A stretch of DNA of 64,000 bases, taken from the NCBI GenBank assembly GCA_024679065.1, contig JAGIQG010000014.1, positions 7,440,001 to 7,504,000 on the forward strand. Reading direction: 5' to 3'. Positions 39,760-53,174 of the stretch are shown in pieces. The number at the start of each line of letters is the position of its first letter. Within the stretch, counting starts at the first letter, position 1. The notes beneath the pieces were generated by a model. It searched no databases. It was not told the origin of the DNA and worked only from the letters and a program-made list of their open reading frames with translations. This DNA comes from Sphyrna mokarran. Taxonomy: Eukaryota. A program made the position numbers and the translations under genes.

Positions 39760-40625
39760 AAACATCCATTTCAATTGCATTTTTGAAGTTTTCTGATGAT
39801 ACCACTGTAGTGGTGGAATCTCAATCAATGAGGTCACACAGGATACCAAAAAGATAGAGATTCTGCTCAAATGGTGCAATGAAATAAATCTTTCCTCAAA
39901 TGTTAGTAAATCGAAGGAGATAACCATTGACTTCAAGAAAAACAGTGGAGGATTTGCATCTGATAACATCAATGGTAATGAAGTGGAGATGATCGAGAAC
40001 TTCACGTTTCCAGGTGTCCAGATTACCAACAATCTGTCTTGGCCCCTACAAGACAATGTTCTAGATAAAGCCCATCAATGCCTCTAATTTCTCACAAGGC
40101 AAAGGAAATTTGGCCTGCCTGTTAAGACACTTTTGAATATTTACAGTCACCATAGAAAACATTCTCCCTTGATGTCATTTGGTTATAACAGTTTATATGG
40201 TTGCTGCTCTGATCAAGACCACAAGGAACAACAAAGTTGGGAGCAAAGCCCAGTCGAACAGGCAACCCAGTCTCCCATCCATTAACTCCGTTTATTCATT
40301 CTACTTCCACTGGAAAGCAGTCAGCATAATCGAGGACCCCAGGCATCACAGGAATTCTGCCTTCCACATTGTTCATTCAGGAAAATAAGATACACACATC
40401 TGAAAACATGTACCAACTGACTGAAGAATAATCTCTTTAGAGATTAAATGGCCCTTTAATACATTCAATTGATCTTTCCTTCACTGCATGTGCAACTGAA
40501 AAACTATATTCCGCACCCTAACGTTTTAATTTGCTCTAACGGCCTAATGGACGGTATATCCTGTCTGTAAAATGCACAAGAAACAGTTTTCAATCTATCC
40601 CAATGCCTGTGACAATAAATCAAAT
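39760..40625 (+). mobile_element. Rex1/Babar-like LINE 3' fragment (duplicated copy)
   Basis: KFSDDTTVV and KSKEITIDF motifs. Confidence 0.75.
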
Positions 40626-40771
40626 CAGATCATCATATTCTTCTGTAGAAACAATCAATTTGCTGCAATGAATGCCATTTTCATTTTTACATTGAATCTT
40701 ATGCAAATGATGAAATATTTACCTGTGAATTTGCCTACTAAATTATTGATGTTTAATTCTATTCGTTACAG

Positions 40772-41709
40772 TTAACACAGTGGCAATTGTGATCCTGAAA
40801 CGAGGAAAATGTGGTCTCTCCAAATGCATCACACAGTACCTAATGGCAATGACAGCAGCAGATCTACTACTAGTCATCACCGATGTTATATTGAATCGAC
40901 TTAATAATATGTATTTCCCTGTCAGTTTCTTATCTATTACTCCAGTGTGTGCGCTGAAAGCAGCTTTATTTCTTTCAGCTATGAATTGTTCCGTTTGGTT
41001 CACAGTGGTTTTTACCTTTGACCGATTTGTAGCCATTTCTTGCCAGACACTGAAACAAAAATATTGCACCAAGAGAACTGCGGTTGTGGTTGTCATAACA
41101 GTGACCATTTTCAGCTGTGTGAGGTGCATTCCCTGGTACCTTGTCTTTAGACCTTCAGTAATTATTGACAATGTACCATGGTATTGTATTGAGAAAGATC
41201 TCTATTATACCTCAACATTTTATATAGTGTATGAACGAATTTACATTATACTAACACCATTGATTCCATTTGCCCTGATTTTGGCTTTCAACAATTTGAC
41301 TGCTAGGAATATTATAATTGCCACTAAGCTGCGAAATATCCTTAGGGGACAACGTAAATCGGAGAATTATATTGACCCAGAAATGGAGAGTCGAAGGAAG
41401 TCTATTATATTGTTCTTTGCTTTGTCTGCCAATTTTATCTTATTGTGGATTCCATATATCGTGCACTTGTTAACCTGGAAAACTCTAAACTATAATTACA
41501 CAGACAAAGGCTTTACCAATCCTGTATATGTCGTTCAGCAATGTGCATACATGATGCAGCTTCTGAGTTCATGCACCAACACCTGCATTTATGCACTAAC
41601 CCAGAGGAAATTCAGAGAGGAGTTAAAGAACGGGGTTAAATATCCATTCATTCTCATTTCAAAAGTATTTGAACAACAATGTAAAACAGAACTGCAAAAG
41701 AGGTTCTAA
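40772..41709 (+). CDS. GPR139/GPR142-like class A GPCR, gene 3, coding exon 2 (spliced protein 335 aa)
   Basis: Acceptor attcgttacag|TT AAC ACA GTG. Intact ORF with AMTAADLL, SVWFTVVFTFDRFVAIS, PWYC, LLWIPY, SCTNTCIYA and helix 8 KFREELK. Confidence 0.93.
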
Positions 41710-42049
41710 CATGATAGGTCACTCTGCATTCAAAATATAACACGACTATCACTTTTCTATTATTGCGATAAAATGTATTCTATTATCCTTGTAACAATGG
41801 TAGATTTTCTTTTCATTCACATCTTGCAAAGTCTTGCAGTCTTAACACTCATTAACACTGCACCCGCTTGAAATGACACTTCTCCATTTTCTCGCTCAGC
41901 GAGATTTCAATAGTCAGACCATTCCTACGTATAATTAGATGGCGAGAGCATATATGCTGGAAACATCTCATCGGTCCCTGCAGTTACGAATTCAGCCAAG
42001 GGTCATGGCGGCATATTGGTTAGCTCTGTTGATTCAGAGCAGCAGGGCG

Positions 42050-42540
42050 TATGGAGGAAAAATGATTATGGTGTTATATTCTAAGGGTTAAGCGTTAACG
42101 ATTAAGGATGTGCTGGTACATGCAGAAAACTTATGAGACTAGCAAACCCCCAAGGTCCCCAGCTCAGATAACGGTGAAGCGGGCATCTGGCCTTAGAAGA
42201 GATATGAAGCCTGACATACAATTCTATCAAGTGTAAACACAATGACTCACTAAAGAGATAACAGGACGAAGCTAGACCAAGGACACACTACATAAAAAGG
42301 TCTCGGACACATGTAATTGAATTATTGGACAAAGGTTAAAGAATGAAATGTATTGTAGTAATTACGAAAACTTGTTTATTTCACTGCATAAATATAGCGC
42401 GGGTTTGCTCGAAAACTTGGAGTTCTGCCCCGGTGGTGACCGAGCTGAGCTCTTCGTGATATCACGAAAAATAAACTCTCCTGAAGCTATACTCTGAACG
42501 TCTCCGCCTGAGTTATTCTGAGTTAGGGATTTCCTCGACA
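42050..42540 (+). mobile_element. Solo LTR (491 bp) inserted into a V-SINE
   Basis: GGGCG direct repeat at 42045-42049 and 42541-42545. Termini TATGGAGGAAA...TTTCCTCGACA form a 9/11 inverted repeat of TG..CA type. TATA-like cataaata at ~42387, AATAAA at 42470-42475. Absent from copy A. Confidence 0.85.
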
Positions 42541-45500
42541 GGGCGCCAGATTCGATTGCGGCTTTGGGCCCTCGCCTGTCTGTTTGTGTCTGCATGGGTT
42601 TCCTTCGGGTTCTCAGGTTTCATCTGACAGTAACAAAGATGTGCACGGCAGGTGCATTGACCATGCTAAACTGCACCTGAGTATTCATCTGCAGGTTAGC
42701 TGAATTAGTCATAGTAAATGCCCCGGGTTATGGTGATAGTGCATGGAGATGAGCTTGAATGTGATGCTTTTTCGAGAGACAGTACATACTTGATGGGTAA
42801 AATGATATCCAAATGTGGAATGATTCTCTATTTGGAGACCTTCTCTTTCTTAGCTGCACCGAGGGGACATCAACATACTTCGTGGAACAGATATATTGCT
42901 TGATCCCCGATTTATATTTGCATCACCTTTCTCAACGCGACCTGTCTTTGGATTGTCGAGTTATTTGTTTGATATTGAATACTGCATCATATGCAATTTA
43001 TTCGAGTGCAACATTTAACTGAAAATACTTTCAAAATCGCTGCTAACTCACTTTTCTTGCCGCGGATTCCATATTTTCTATGGTGACTGTCTCATGTTGC
43101 AAATGATTGTTTATAATTTTGCAACTAGGATGCAAGCCCGTTGACATCACGTGCTTCCTTGTCAGCCCATGTGTGGCTTGGTATCCCATCCCCTCGTTGT
43201 CTTCAACAACTTTTGTGTTTATTACACAAAATGTTGCAGGCTACTCCTGTCCGGCAGTATGTACAGTATGTTGATGTTCCTTCCAGTGCAGCTAATTAGC
43301 CTAGGCCATTGACTCAGGCCCGTTAACCATTGTTGCGGCCGCGTTCAGTGCGGTCCAACCTACACTTGGTTCACTCTTTACGTATACGATTTCCTTTAAA
43401 GTTCTTTGGTAAATCTCACGGTTGTAAACCAGTTTTATGTTTATATTTCATATTGACAATATTTTCCTTTGGCTTTGGCTTCGATGTAACATGAATTTAT
43501 AAAGGTTAGGAAATTTTGGGATGTCTATTTTCCACTTTGAAAATTCTCTTGTAACGTCTGAAAATAAAAAGAAAATACTGTGGATGCTGAAAATCTAAAA
43601 TTAGTATAAAAATGTTGTAAACGATCACGTAGCATCCGTGCAGAATAAGGCAGATTTAACATTTGGGTTCCCATAGAACACTTCTGCAGCACAAAAAAAG
43701 AGGGATAAAAGTATTGCATTGTGTAGTGTGCAGAGGGATGGAGCAGCTGGAGAAAACTAAAAGATCAACAATTAGTGAGAGTGAAGGGAGCTTATAAGTA
43801 TAAAAAAGGCAAAGGTTAAAGTTGTATTGACGGAAACAGCGAGGGCTATGGAATTTGCAAATCGTAGCACAAACGTCTGACAACAGAATGTGTACATTGC
43901 TCAGTGAAGCAAAATCTTAAGAAGTCTGACACACGGCCAAGAAGGGGATGTTCACAAATATCCACGATAGAAGGAAAACACCGCTTTATTAAGTTGTTGA
44001 AACTCAGTGTTGAGTGCAGTTATTTGGAGATGGGATCCCACTCACTCAGTTTGTGCTGGGTTTCACTGAAACAGTCCAATAGGTCAAAGATGGACATCTG
44101 AGCATGAGCATAGGATGCTGAGTTGAATTTATAAGCAGCAGAAAAAGTAGGATCACAGTTGCTTGCTTAGCGATCGTATTCCATGAAGACTTCACCCAGC
44201 CTATTTTTTTGCCTCCATCGTATAGAGATGAACACATTGGGAGCAGTGACTACTGTAGGCAAAACTGCTGGAGGTGGAAATGAAATGGTTTTTCCATTGT
44301 AATTAGTGGTTGCTTTTTGGTCGATTAAAAAAGAGGTATTATAGAATCAAAGGCTGTATCTTCGGTAACGGCAGGGCAAGATTAACCTGGGAAAATTTTG
44401 TGTGCTGAGTGATGGAGAAAGAATTATGACTGAAGGAATCGCCCCTGCAGAATAATTTCATAGACTGATGGAAGGTGTGAGGGAAATGCATGTTTAGCGC
44501 TGGCATCTCTGTGGAGTTGGGGGGAGAGTGGAGAATAACTTCTGAATGCGAAGGCTAGTAGGTCGAAATGTGAAGAAAATAAGAGACACTATCATCATTC
44601 TTGTCGGGCAACATGTGATATAGATTGCACTCTGGGGCAGAAAGATATGTGCACGTGTTCTTCTTTCAATAGTTACAATATTTTAACTCTTGTCGGCAGA
44701 AGCCTGGAGGAAGGAAATGGTTCAATAAATCCATCAGTCATTGGGATTTTTTGGATCGAAAAATCATTTTACAATGCCATGCATGACGTGACCTCTCGAT
44801 ATCTATCACGGAGGTCTTAGATGAGAGTACATAGGAGACTCTGGACAAAACGAATTGGATGATGAGTTTAATATAAATATTAGTGCCACAGTTTTAATCC
44901 ATGTATGGTTGACATAACGCTTTTCAATTAATTGTAGAGCACAGTCGGGAATTTTGATTCCGTGGCCAACTACCTTTACAAGGACTAACCTTTTTTCAGA
45001 AAATGCAAACTTTTCAGACGTAAAATGACTCTGTATAAAAATGTAAATTAAACTTATTTATAAAAAAATGAAGACGTTGAAGAATTAAAATTGACATACA
45101 AAAAGATGGAACTTAAAATACAAAAAACAGAACAATATCTTTGACTGAAGAGAAATCACAGCTATGCCAGTCAACACAATATTAGCATAAGGCTTTCTAA
45201 AAAGATTGTGTTTTCATGCCAACATGTAAGTTAATTATGCTCTATTGTTTTCAATAGTCCAATCCATTCATTTATTATTCAATATGCCAATCTACTCCCG
45301 ACAGTTTTTTATTAAATCAAATAAAATCTTCCACATTCAATAATGTTATTTCATTGGCTCTTTCTGATAAACGGAAGTCCGCTTTGGCATAAATCACTTT
45401 CTTGTTGCAATGGTATCCAAGAAAATATATTTTACTTAAGTCATTAAGCAAAATTTGGTCTAATGCCAAATGGGGATCCAGCACTCGACACATTCCAGGC

Positions 45501-47193
45501 CTGAGAGGCTTAAATCATACAAAATGTATCTTGAGATTTTTTTTTCACACCGGTATATTTTGAATATGTTTGTTTGCATCCATTCTTTTCTTAATGCAAG
45601 TTAAACCATTGTATATCAAAACGTCGAACCCTGTATTCTTCATTAAAGTTACTGATATCTTTAGTGAAAGTAAAGATAAACTGCATGTGTTTGCCTTAGA
45701 ATCTTAATTAATACAATTCAATTTTAAATAAATCGGCTTGTTTCAAAATCGTTCATTTATATCAAACATACACCTCATTGTTCAATTTTCTTTCAAATCC
45801 TTGCACATATAATCAACTGTTAATAACTTTCATGCAGGGTAGGATTAATTCTAAATTTCTCTTTATTTTATCTGATAGTTGCTAATGTTTATTATCCCCT
45901 TCCACAGTTTCAACCAATATATGGCTGACACAGTTTTTTTTTAAATTATTTCTGGTATAAGATACGATGGCCGATTACATCCCATGTTGTCTTTGTGTTC
46001 CAAAGGCACATCCCTCAGCAGGGTCCATTTGGAATTACTGGAATTGACAATCGCCAACAATGGATGCACACAGGTCAAAATTATTATGCACATGCTTAAC
46101 GTACCTTCATTTACATGGATCCGCTATCTGATGTACATTTGCGACCAGTTCAAACAGCTCTCAAGAGCCAAGTTAAATCAGGAAAACGAAGCGGGGTGGA
46201 GGTCACATTCTTTTGGACCAGGTTCAACAGCTCGTGCGTCCGCCTCATCAAGTCTGCATAAGGTACTATGCAGGCATTCACAACCTCATCTGGGCACATT
46301 ACTTACTGTATAAACATAAAAACTGAGTCTGAGTTTGCATCATGAAGCATTTTCTCACCTTTGCTCCTCCGTTGCAGAGTTTTGTTTTTGTACAACGTTC
46401 CCCTCCCACAATCCAATCGTTTGAAATCTGTCATATTCACAGTCATTTCTGAGGGGAAAAAAAAACATTGTTAGAACCGTTCACCCCTCTTGTCTCCACA
46501 GAATTTCCCAGGTCTGCCGAGCATTTCCAACATCATGACAATGTTGAGTTCATTCTCTATTTTAAAGCATAGTATATTGTCATGAGTTTCAAGGTTAAAT
46601 TAATTAAATTGGATTGTGGTACACAGCTTTCCAAAATGAGATGGATCAGGGGGCCACGTTCGGAATTGTGTTTTTTTTTATTATAGTTCAGAATTTCCCT
46701 TACTACTGGGAGGGAAGAAGTAAAGATGATCAATGATTCATCCAGGGGAAATGTTGTGTGTTCAGTACTAACTATTTGCAGCAAAGCTACATTTGTTCAG
46801 CTGTGTGAGTAGGTAGTTAAGGTGTTGTACGTGAGTGTTGCACATGTGATTCGGTGTGAGCGTTCAAACATTGTTCGAAGCCTCCATGATTGAAATGATT
46901 CTCTTCTTTCTTCAGCTCCCTACCTTAAAATTCATTAATTAATCTACTGTTCCAATGCTTAGGGGAAAGAAAATAAAATGCCAAAAAAGTTGGTTACTGG
47001 CTGTTTGTTAGAAACACGCTAACTTTTTAACAGAAGATTTAAAATGAAACTCAGAAAACGCGTTGTAATATGTTATGCTATCAACGCTATACGCTTTAAC
47101 CTCCGGAACGGATGAAGACACAAAGTCGACTTTAAAAATTTAAACGCAATTGCCTCCAATCGGCAATTTAAACAAAAGTAAATATTTGCATTG

Positions 47194-47274
47194 CATAAAT
47201 ACTCACTATCTGTTACTTTACAAAAATACTCACTATCTGTTACTTTACATAAATACTCACTATCTGTTACTTGC
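47194..47274 (+). repeat. 27-bp tandem repeat, 3 copies
   Basis: Unit ca(t/a)aaatactcactatctgttacttta. Confidence 0.92.
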
Positions 47275-47900
47275 TTTAAGAAGCAACAGTTGCAATAAGG
47301 TAGTACTTGCAATGAAAACTGCACCGGTGGCGTGAGGAAGCACTTATGGTGAAAGCAATATGGCATAACACTGGTGCTGTGCAGCAGCTTCAGCGTAACA
47401 AACTCATGTGGAGCAAGGAAGTATCTGCGGTCCAACACAGTGTCTCCGTTCCTATACCATAGTATGGTGTAAGAAATTAGCACCAGTGTAAAACGTGTAG
47501 TGTAATGTAATATCTGTAGTTCAAGGGAGTACCTACGATGTATGCAGTTTTAAGCCAATGCCCGCACCGTAAGTTAGAATGTTTGATGTAAGGTATAATT
47601 GTTTGTGGGCAAGAAATGTGGGGAATGGCTGCGCCCGTGCTGTAATGCAGCCTCTCTGTTGTAAGGCAGAAAGTGTGGTGTAAGACAATACATGCAATAC
47701 GCTGCAGTTTCTGTGTTTCAGGCAGTATCTGGTTTGATTCATTGGCCCGAACAGGCATTGGGGTGTGGTGAATAAGCAATTTTCACAATACTTTATTGCA
47801 GTATTAATGAAAGCCTTATTGTGACTAATAAATACACTTTAGCGGCAGTGTAAATGGTCACCTGTGGTGCACGACACTGTCTGTAGAGTAAGGAAGGAGC
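47275..47900 (+). repeat. Degenerate ~19-bp minisatellite, left block
   Basis: Recurring variants of ctgtggtgtaaggcagtac (e.g. atggtgtaagaaattagc, ctgttgtaaggcagaaagtgtggtgtaagacaatac). Confidence 0.7.
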
Positions 47901-48009
47901 TTCACGGTCAAACAGCACCTTTGTATGAGTCATCAGAATTCACAGTGTTCTAGTGATGTCTTCAATGCAACTCTGTCTCTTCAATAGCTTCTTAGCAAAA
48001 ACATCCATC

Positions 48010-48240
48010 TGCCCTCTTTATCAGTGGGTCAAAGTGCAGAGAGGATGCTGAAAGTTTGCAAAGGAATATCGATAATTTCCGTGAGTGGACAAGGGTCTAT
48101 CAGATGTCGTACATTGTTGTTAAATGTGAGGTCATCCATTTTGGAAGGAATAACAACAAAATGGATTATTATTTAATTATTAAAAAAGTAAGCATACTTT
48201 CTGTGCAGAAGACTTGTGAGTCCTTGTGGAATAATCTCAA
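48010..48240 (+). mobile_element. CR1 RT fragment
   Basis: LQRNIDNFREW...KCEVIHFGRNN. Confidence 0.85.
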
Positions 48241-48259
48241 GGAGTCATCTATCCTGAAA

Positions 48260-48715
48260 AACATTTAATGATGTAACCTCAACTACTTCACTGGGCAGGG
48301 AATTCTACAGATTCACAACTCCTTATGTGAATAAGTTTCTCCTCAACTCAAGTTCCTCCTCAACTCAGAACTAAATCTGCTTTTTGAGTCCGTGCCGCCT
48401 AGTTCTAGTTTCACCTGCCAGTGGAAACGACTACCCTGCTTCTATCTTAATTATTCATTTCATAATTATTCCCTTCATAATCGTATATACTTTGACAAGG
48501 TCCCCCGTCATTCTTCTGAATTCCAATGAGTATAGCCCCAATCTACTTAGTGTCTTGTCATAAGCCAACACTCCCAATTCCGGAATCAACCTAGTGGAGC
48601 TCATCTGCACCCATTCCACTACCAGTATATCCTTTCTCAAGTAAGGAGCCCAAAACTGTACAGAGTACTCGAGGTGTGGCCTCATCAGAACTTTACAGCT
48701 GCAACATAACCTCAC
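48260..48715 (-). mobile_element. CR1 3' fragment, inverted relative to its neighbours
   Basis: RPHLEYSVQFWAPYLRKDI...LGLYSLEFRRMTGDLVKVYTIMKG. Confidence 0.9.
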
Positions 48716-48719
48716 TCCT

Positions 48720-51700
48720 AACGCGGAGTGAAGTATGAGGGACTTGGAGCTGAGTGTGAATTCCGTGCTGAAGGGAAGAATTGCTCAAATTTGGAAGAAG
48801 CAGAGAGGCAGACCTGTGAGGGAAACTCGAGGGCAAGTGAGAGAGAGAAGAAAATAGAACTGTGCCGTCAGCGCCAGCACGTAAGCAATTGTGTAGTGAC
48901 TGCTAAACAGTTTTTTTTTCCTTTATTTTTCTCTTGGCATTCTAGTAGTTGTTGTTGGGCACTACAATAGGGTTTCCGTGTAATTTCTGCGGTTTATTGT
49001 TTGCAAGGTTTATATTTGGACCAATAAAGAATGGTCTTGGAGAATTGGATAATATCTGAGATAAAACATCTTTCATAAGTTTAATTTAAAAGGGAAGACA
49101 TGATGGGAGAGCTCCAAGACGTGGTTTTCTCCTCTTGTTCCACGTGGCTGGGTGGGAACAGTTCCAATCCCCTGAGCCAGCATGTGTGCAGGAAGTGTCT
49201 CCATTTATAGCCCCTGGATGTTCGTGTTTCAAAGCTGGAGCGGTGGTTCATGATAATGTCGAGCATCCGTAAGTCAGAGAGTGTCGTGGACAGCACATGT
49301 AGAGAGGTAGTCACATTGCAGGACTCCACAGGCAGGAAGGGGATGCGTATCCATCAGACAGACAAGCTAGACTAGGCCGTCCTGAGAACACTCCCCTGCA
49401 AGCCAGATATATCGTTTTGGTTACTGTTGAGGTAGGCACGGGAGGGGTGGGGGAGGGGGAGGGGGATGTAATGTTGAATAGTGTTGAAACTGTTGGATCC
49501 TTTTGAGGGGAATGACCTGTCAGGGAAAAGTAGGGACAGCCAAAAATGGTGCACCACTGTTTCTTCCACTGCAGAATGGAGGGATAAAAAAAAATGTGCA
49601 GTGCAATAGCTATTGGGGAAATAATTGTCAGGGGATAGGGAATTCTGTGGTCACAAACAAGTCCCCACGATTGTATATTATCTTCCTGATGTTCGGATCA
49701 ACGATGTCTCAGAGCAGGAACAGGACATTTTGGAAGTGGAGATGAACAGCCAGTGGTCATGGTATACATTGGTACAAACAATATCTATCTACCTATATCT
49801 ATCTATCTATCTACTTATATAGAGAGAGTAGAAATGACGGGATATATGGAATGATTATGTTGCTGGAGAGGTGATGTCAGTAGAGAGGCTTTCAGGTTGT
49901 GGAGCATTGACAGTGTTTTCTGGGGAGGTGGGACCGTACAAATTTGCTGAGTTACACCTGCGCAGGATTGGGACTGATGTCTAGTGGGACTGTTTGCTAG
50001 AGCGGTTAGGGAAGGTTTGAAGCCATATGCCGGGGATGAGAACTTATGCAAGCAGTCGGAGAAGAAGAAGCGGGGACAAAAGCAAAACGAAGAAAAGAGA
50101 ATAAGGGAAGTTAAACGGAGAGAAACCAAGGTCAAAATTCAGACAGGGCTCTGAAGGAAAATATTGGAAGCGAGACAAACAACGTTAAAAAAGACAAGGG
50201 TAAAGGCTCTGCGCATTATTGCGCAAAACATTTGCAATAAAGAGCATGAACCAACCACGCAGATAGAAGTAAATGGATCTGATACAATTGGGATTATAGA
50301 GACATTGCTGTAGGGAGATCAGGGATGGAAACTGAACGTTCCAGGTTTTTTTCAGTATTTAGGAAGGACAGTCATAACGCAAAAGATGGTGGACTAGTTA
50401 TGCTGGTTAAAGGGGAAATTAACGCAATAGTGAGAAAAGAGATTAGCTCTGACAACGTCTGTAGGGGTAGATCTAAGAAATCCCAAGCGCCAAAATCATT
50501 AGTGAATGGTATATATAGACCCACAAATTGTAGAGGTGAGGTTGGAAATTGCGTCAAAAACGAAATTTAAGGTAAATATGGTGAGGGACTATCAGTGATC
50601 ATGGGTGACTTTAATCTGCATATAGATTGAACAAATCAAATTTGCCACAATGCCACAGAGGAGAAATTCCTGGAGTATATTCGGGATGATTTACTTGATC
50701 AATATGTTGAGGAACCAACAACAGAGGCGGCCATCTTCGATTGGCTACTGTATAATGAGAAGGGAATCATTGCCAATCCATCTGTGCAAAACCCCTTGTG
50801 GAGGAGCAAACATAATATGATAGACATTTTAAGCAAAACGGATTGTGAAGTAGTTAATTCAGAGACTAGACTGTCGAAACTTAATAAAGGAATTATGAAT
50901 ACATCAGGCGTGAGTTGACCTTGGTAGACTGGGGAGCATTACTTAAAATGATGACAATGGATAATCAATGGCAAACATTAAAGGAAGGCAACTGCAAGAA
51001 CTGTTTATTCCATTGACAAGGGCATTGACAACGTGTAATATGGACTCGAAACGTCAACTCTTTATTCTCTTTACAGATGCTGCCAGAACTGCTGATATTT
51101 CCCAGTATTTTCTCTTTTGGTTTCAGATTCCAGCATCCACAGTATTTTTTTTTCAATTGTTTATTCATATCATATCCAAAAGCCAAGTGGGTAAAAAAGG
51201 CTAATCCATAGTTTATAAAGGAAATTTGAGATAGCATGTGAACCAAGGAAGAAGCATACAGATGTCCAAAAAAAAAAAATAGGTCTGAGGATTGTTAGCA
51301 ATTTACAATTCAGCAAAGAAAGACGAAGATTGAATAAAAATGGGTGAATACAGTACAAAAGTAACCTTGCAAGGAACATAAAGACTGACATTAAGAACTT
51401 CTTTAGGTGTGAGAAGAGAAAGAGATTAGTGAAGACAGATATAGGTCCTCTATAGAGAGAAACAAGGGGAATGTATAATATGGGACAAAGATACGGCTGA
51501 GCAAATGAATACACACTTAAGTTCTGTTTACAAAAAGGAGAATCCCAGAATATTCAGAAACGGGCTTTAGAAATAATGGATGCATAGATGGTCATCTTCC
51601 AGGATTATATATAGTCTGGAACAGTCCCTTCAGGTTAGAGGATAGCTAATGTCACTCCAATATTCCAAAAGTAACGCAGAGAGAAAACACTGAATCATCG

Positions 51701-51820
51701 ACCTGTGAGACCAACATTGATAGTGGGGAAATTTCTCCAATCAATTATCAAGAACTTTATAGCGGAACATTGAGAAAGCAATGACAAGATCAGACAGAGT
51801 CAGCATGGATTTATAGAGTT
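48720..51820 (+). mobile_element. CR1 LINE 5' portion: 5' UTR, ORF1 remnant, endonuclease and start of RT
   Basis: ORF1-like VCRKC..LDVRVSKLER at ~49180. APE endonuclease motifs GIYRP (~50510) and IMGDFN (~50600). QSQHGF at ~51800. Many stops and frameshifts. Confidence 0.85.
51035..51150 (+). repeat. Short interspersed repeat (gactcgaaacgt.aactct...cagatgctgccaga..tgctga...ccagcat), possibly Penelope-terminus derived
   Basis: Related copies at ~30880-30992 (+), ~56575-56655 (+), ~28230-28345 (-) and ~43570-43690 (-). The family name is tentative. Confidence 0.6.
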
Positions 51821-53174
51821 TACCGTTTGCATTAAAAAAAAAACATCTCGGCATTTTGGCTTAGTTGAAGCTTCAGATCAAGCCCGGGATAGGGTATAAT
51901 GATTCATCTTGTTAGCTTTGACGATGCTTGGTCGACCCCCAAGATGAGATGCAACGTCTTGTCAGATTTCACCTTGTTTGTCTCTCTCGTGTGGTCGATT
52001 AAATGGAATCAATTTGCTTACTTCTTTGAACGGAATCAAAATGATGAAGGAGGTGATTCTCCCTGGCCAAGGCGAGTCCATTGCACTTCAGGTGTGCTCA
52101 TGTCTGCGAGTTCCACGAAGGTCTGATATTCGATTGAGAATAAAGGAGCACTATGCAGATTATTTGTTGTTATATATACGAAATCGGTGCAGATGGAAAA
52201 GGGGTAGAATGACTCAATCTATGTAGAAGTTTGGCAAATGAGAAGGATGACAACGATTTCCAAATCAGGTTAATTGTTTTTTTTAATTCTTTCTTAGTAT
52301 CGGCGAAATTAACAGGGTCAATATGTGAGGTTACGGAGATAGAGTCTTTGTTGGATTGAGCTTGGTGAAGGCTTGACGGGTGGCAAAACCTCTTTCTGTA
52401 CTGTGGAGATTCTATAATTCATTGACGATTCAATTAAATTCCAGCTGAAATCGCCTATTGTGACAGATGAGCAAGCCAGGATGCTCGTGATTGCTGTAAT
52501 TGTCAGTTTTTATTGTCATAATGCATCATGGATAGTGAAGTTAAAATGTAATATCCTCTTTGAATTTTTCAGAACTGAAATTTGAACCTCCCTGGATTAA
52601 ATCAATTCTGTTTGCTTTCAGAAGTTATCAAAAATGATGTTTCCTTTTCCGAAACTCATATGTGTTATGGAATGCTATATTTTATAATAGATTTCATGTT
52701 AATTCTGACACTAACCCTTGATGCTAATCTATTGATTTAACGTGACTATTCTTAGTCTGAAAAAGTTGACTGCTAAATGCTCTCTCTGGGGTCATTTGAA
52801 ATGAACAGTAAATTGTATCCGAGACGAACATTGTCCATCCCATAAATGGATAAAATCTGTTGCCCTTAGTTTATTTAATGTGCCATCAGATGTATATAAC
52901 ACCCGAGTCTTCGAGTTGGGTTTGATGTATGCATTCACTCTCTTCCTGATATTAATAATTTCTTGCACGGATTTTGCCCACATGATGGAGCATGTTTTGA
53001 GCAGTTGTTTAGCACAGCATCACGTAAATTACATCGAAATTGCTTTATGTAATTCTACACGCACGACCTCAGTGAAGGTCAGCTTGCATGCAACTTTGAA
53101 CAGGAGACATCCGTTTATTTTCTGGCAAGCTATTCCAGATGGACGGGTCCAACGGGTTTGACTGATATAGGAGG

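Larger units (their letters stand above)
33335..47060 (+). repeat. Segmental duplication, copy B (contains gene 3)
   Basis: Same orientation as copy A, ~16 kb offset. Differs by several indels and by insertions specific to copy B. Confidence 0.92.

Noticed and set aside
40772-41709. Assigning the symbol GPR139 or GPR142 to any of the genes
   Set aside because: The motifs show family-level resemblance only (e.g. TM7 SCTNTCIY and the very short N-terminus differ). Multiple divergent paralogs argue against one-to-one orthology without a phylogeny.
47073-47483. 136-aa ORF with KVTDSEY(L/F)C repeats
   Set aside because: It is a by-product of the 27-bp tandem triplication and the minisatellite, with no gene structure.
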